Shown: piece after piece, positions 59,931-64,000 of the stretch
How the letters are laid out: each line of letters opens with the position of its first letter
Numbering within the stretch: the first letter of the stretch is position 1
Assembly (NCBI GenBank): GCA_051294375.1
Contig: CM119268.1
Coordinates: forward strand, 13,589,037 to 13,653,036
Source of the DNA: Paraspadella gotoi
Lineage: Eukaryota; Animalia; Chaetognatha
Reading direction: 5' to 3'
Length of the DNA: 64,000 bases
Program-made: the position numbers and the translations under genes
The notes under the pieces: generated by a model
Databases searched by the model: none
Told to the model about the DNA's origin: nothing
The model's input: the letters and a program-made list of their open reading frames with translations, nothing else

Positions 59931-60011
59931 AATTATGAGATGTGCGCCTCAAAGGTTAATTATGAGATATGAACCTCACAGGTTAATTATGAGATGTGCA
60001 CCTCACAGGTT
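59931..60011. repeat. 27-bp tandem repeat, 3 copies
   Basis: aattatgagatgtgcgcctcaaaggtt and two variants. Confidence 0.9.
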
Positions 60012-60202
60012 AATTTTTAAGTGATGCGTCGGCGTTTTCTAAATTCTATGTACAAAATTATCAGACAAAAAAAGCATGATTATGAAGAAATTGGAATATT
60101 TAAAAAAAATGAAATATTTTATTAACACGTTCAGTTTTACAATCAAGTGAAAATATCCGTTTCATCATCAGTTATCCCGACGCGACGCCCCTCCCCGCTC
60201 TT

Positions 60203-60604
60203 TCATCCCTCCACTCTCCACATCAGCGCCGGCACCCATCCCTCTCGCCCCCCGATCTCCACGTTCCACCACTGCCCCCCGCCCTCTTCGTCGGCGCTGA
60301 GAAAAATCGCCTCGCTTCCGGCGCCGAACGGCAACTCGTCCTGCAGCGCCGCGCCGGGCGTCAAGTCGCGCGACGGGTCGAACGATGTCGCCGCCACGAG
60401 GCGCGTTCCGACGCCTGGCGGGTTGCGGAGCGGAGCGGCGTCGTCGAAATCGGCGTCGTAGTAGGTGTCGTACGAGGCGGAGGAGTGGGCGCGCCGGAAG
60501 CTTGGGTGGGAGAGAGGGGGGAGGGTGGAAAGAGGGGGTGGTTTAGTGAGGGAGACAATGAGATAGGAGTGATGTGATGAGAAAAAGGTACATAAGTGAA
60601 AGAG

Positions 60605-60635
<31 letters not shown>

Positions 60636-60636
60636 G

Positions 60637-60699
<63 letters not shown>

Positions 60700-60862
60700 A
60701 TCACCATACCGATTTCCAAACCGATTCCATTCGTAGTAGTTTGGAGTGCACTGAAAGTTGAAGGGTGGTCCTGCAGGGAAAAAAAAAGAAGAAGAAAAAG
60801 AGAAAGAAAGAAACAAAAGGAGAGAAAAGAAAGGAAGAGAAAGAGAAAGAGATTGAAGAAAG

Positions 60863-60935
<73 letters not shown>

Positions 60936-61682
60936 TAAAAAGAAATACAAAACAAAATCGACCAAACTACAACAACAACAACAACAGCGTCATATACCCA
61001 CCTACTGGTAATCGTGGACCTTCGCCTTCTTTCCGCCAACTCTGGTCCTCTGACTCCGACGGTCCTCACGTCCCTCGGCCTCGATTGGCCCGTCCGGTGA
61101 ACCCGGACGAAACCCTTGAGGTCCTCGTCTCGGTCGCAGGCGTTGAGGGCGTCGCGGAGGTCGTCGGCGACACGTTTGATGGAGAGGCACGCCTCCAGGT
61201 TCTTGTTGAGGACCAGCTTGAGTCGCTGAGAGGAAGGGACATTGGTACTTGTGCGAGAGAGACCTCAACGATGTTTCCTTCTTTTTTGTTTCCCCTCATA
61301 CATGGTACAGCGAGGAGGCGCCGGCCAATTTTATCGTCATTAAGAACATCAACATCAACATCAACGCGAACCCCCCCAAAAATATATATCCATTCACGTC
61401 ACCAACGGCAACAATATCGAGACCTCGCGAACCTTTAGGACATCTCCGTATCTGTCTTCCTCGTCCTTCTGAAAGACGAGGCAGGCGTCTTCGTACTTCT
61501 GGTTCCACTCGGCCTGCTTCGAGTTCACTTCCTCCACCGAAGAATCGTAGGCCTGAAGGCTTTCGTCGACGGCAGAGGATGAGGCTTTGACGCGCTCTTC
61601 GGCTTTGTTAAGTTCACGACTTAGCTCCTGGAGGCAATTTTTTGGGGATGAGTAATTGATAAAACCAATCAATATATTATCA

Positions 61683-61718
<36 letters not shown>

Positions 61719-61914
61719 CTCGAATTGGCAAGTGTTAAAAAAATCAAATAGACAGCCAATCATTAAAAAAAGTTCAATTAATCATTAAATCAATCAATCA
61801 CTCGGTGGATGATTACCTGTTCCTTTAAATCGTTTTGAGGCGTGTCTGGGTTTGCTCGGCTTTTCAGCAGCACTTTCATTTTTCCAGCCGTCGAAATTGC
61901 ATCTCTCACCTGAG

Positions 61915-61958
<44 letters not shown>

Positions 61959-61965
61959 AGAGAGA

Positions 61966-62007
<42 letters not shown>

Positions 62008-62805
62008 AAAAGAAAAAAAGACTTTTGGAGAAACAAATATGCTAACGTCTTCAGTCTAAAATCTTTCTCACCATTCGTCAATGTGTTTCTATGCTCCTTG
62101 GCGGCGTCCATCTCCGTCAACCTCTGCCGATAGAGGGCGTGAGCTTTCGCTGACTTCTTCTTCGCGGCGCCTTTGTCTCGCGTTGCCCGGTCGACGAGCC
62201 TCTCCTGCTCCTTGGCCGAATCCTTGAGTGTGGTCAGACGACGATTGAGTTCGCCGGCAGCGGATTGGCACTGAAGGATGCGGAGGGGGAGACCCACTAA
62301 CTGATTCTCTCTCTCTCTTTCTATCTCTCTCTCTCATTTTTGAAATTTTCAAAAAAACTCACTCCCCTTACCTGCTGACCCAACTCCTCGTGCATCTTGG
62401 CGATCTTCTCGAGGAACTTCCCCACTTCCTCCACGCCCACACGAATTTTATCGTATTCCTCGGGGTTTTTGTTGGTCGCGAATTTCCGGGCGACGTCGCC
62501 CATTTTCTTGGCGTGGTCGACCTCCATCTTTGGGAGAAGGGAAAATAATGTTGATTTGTATTAATATATTAATAGTTAATACGCTTTCAACAGTTTCAAC
62601 AGTTTCTACTTTCTACCTTGCCGTATTCTTGAAGAAAGACCTCGACTTCCTTGGCCGCCCTTCTGCTCGAGGCCAGATGGTTGACCAGTTTGTTGTAGCC
62701 TTCGAGAGCTTTGTCCGGTCCATCGCCGCCGTCTCCATCGCCGGCGCCGTCTCCATCGCCCCAAAATTGGGTCGTGAAGTAAAGGTTGTCCGTCTCCTCG
62801 CCCAT
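60203..62805 (-). CDS. F-BAR + SH3 protein (PSTPIP/Cdc15-like)
   Basis: FCH start FTTQFWG..GYNKLVNHL..KEVEVFLQEYGKMEVDHAKKM, coiled-coil exons, F-BAR end CDRDEDLKGFVRVHRTGQSRP, and SH3 ATSFDP..DELPF..QWWNVEIGGREGWVP. One internal junction (62072/61909) is unresolved. Confidence 0.85.
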
Positions 62806-63485
62806 TTTCGTATCCAAAACTGTGAAGACCAGGTAGTGGTCCTAGTCTATTTAAAGTTTTAAACAAGGACTGGTTTTACTATTTAGGTTTTCCAATATTA
62901 TTTTAAACTTTTTGTTGGCCGAGTTAAACCAATAAATTCCACAAAACTTGTTGAAAATCTGAGGGTATCATTTTATTATCGAAAAATGCGGGGAGTGATT
63001 CATTGATTCTCTTTGATACTTGTTGTTTGGATACAACACTAATATTACGATATAACTGATAACCCCAGCGATGATAACTCGTGATGATGTCTAACAATTT
63101 GATTATCAGACAGAGTTTTAGTTCTTGCATCCAAACGAAATGACAAAAATGTACAGTTTACCATTTAGCCACATGTCGATCATGAGGCTAAAATTTCTAA
63201 TTGAAATCAATGGTGCGAACTCATACTGGCAGCAGAGGAAACGACTGCGCCTTGCAATGTCTTTCATTTAAAAACTACGATGGGAAAGTGGACATCTTTA
63301 GCACCTAAGATATCATTTTTATAATTCAAGTAAAGTTGTAAACTTCTTCCAAATAACATCAATGTACGGCGTTTATCGTTTGATTTACAAATTTAGGATG
63401 ATGGCTGTCGTTGAAGCTCGAATGAATTCTCTGGACGAGACAATACGAGAGCTCACTCGACTTCCTAGGAGTTGCAGTTGCCTCG

Positions 63486-64000
63486 TTTACTGGTCAACGA
63501 CATTGTCGTCGTGGTATTCTGATTTCACTTGTTCACTAAAGAAAATCCCTCATTCCATTTTGACGTGAGTGTCGGTCGGTTACTACGAGTCTCTAAAGCT
63601 TTCTCCTGAGGCGACTTACCACCGGTCTCTCTCTAAACTCCTAAGTGTGTGAACTATTTTAAATTCCCCCGACCCACATCTATGGTCGTTGTAGTTATAG
63701 CCGTATTTTGTTTTGGTCAGCGTGGGCGACAAAAGTGAGACTTAAGCCATTTGGAATTATAAGGGCATCTATAGGGGCCGGGGAAATAAATTTATCCCTC
63801 ATCTAAGGTCATTGTGAACTTTCTGATAGAACTCGGAATAATTTTTAACGTTGTGATTCAAACCAGGTGACCCTTAACTCTGTTCACCGCATTCATCCCA
63901 AACCTGATTAGTTTTAACAAAACCAATGAATATTAAAAATAAAAAGAAACCCTCACCAGCGCGATGCTCTTCTGTTCGGCGGATGAATACGAGATTCTCT
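63486..64000 (-). CDS. Possible 3' exons of an upstream gene (unknown product)
   Basis: Donors gtgagg (~63956) and gtaagt (~63619) with TAG acceptors allow an in-frame RESRIHPPNRRASRW-SLERDRC-EQVKSEYHDDNVVDQ*. No homology recognised. Confidence 0.3.

Noticed and set aside
60158-60175. Minus-strand CTGATGATGAAAC
   Set aside because: No room for stem II; chance match.

Overview
AT-rich, microsatellite-dense, intron-containing eukaryotic DNA. The gene content points to an invertebrate animal, but the species cannot be identified from the sequence. There are three N-gaps (2917-2926, 7827-7836, 27086-27110). Every gene I could reconstruct by hand lies on the minus strand. From right to left: the 3' end of an unknown gene, a PSTPIP/Cdc15-like F-BAR-SH3 protein, a small ALP/Enigma-type PDZ protein, an ankyrin-repeat/SOCS-box (ASB) protein, an M1 aminopeptidase (APN-like), polycystin-2 (PKD2/TRPP2-like), gamma-glutamyl hydrolase, and two weakly supported orphan membrane-protein genes. 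Mobile DNA includes a decayed non-LTR RT inside a PKD2 intron, a frameshifted Bel/Pao gag inside a duplicated gap-adjacent block (possibly an assembly artefact), Helentron/DINE-like and foldback remnants, and Penelope-type minimal hammerhead motifs. The most interesting observations are: (1) an intact-core hammerhead on the sense strand of a PKD2 intron; (2) a divergent ~290-bp dispersed element (3 copies) whose conserved blocks and terminal hairpin appear to covary; (3) an unusually relaxed splice grammar, with many GTY donors and A-rich AAG/GAG acceptors lacking polypyrimidine tracts; (4) an extra symmetric 59-codon exon in the PKD2 TOP domain; (5) a possible in-frame PDZ-to-ankyrin/SOCS fusion. 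All gene models are manual reconstructions without transcript data, and most ORFs in the supplied track are microsatellite artefacts.
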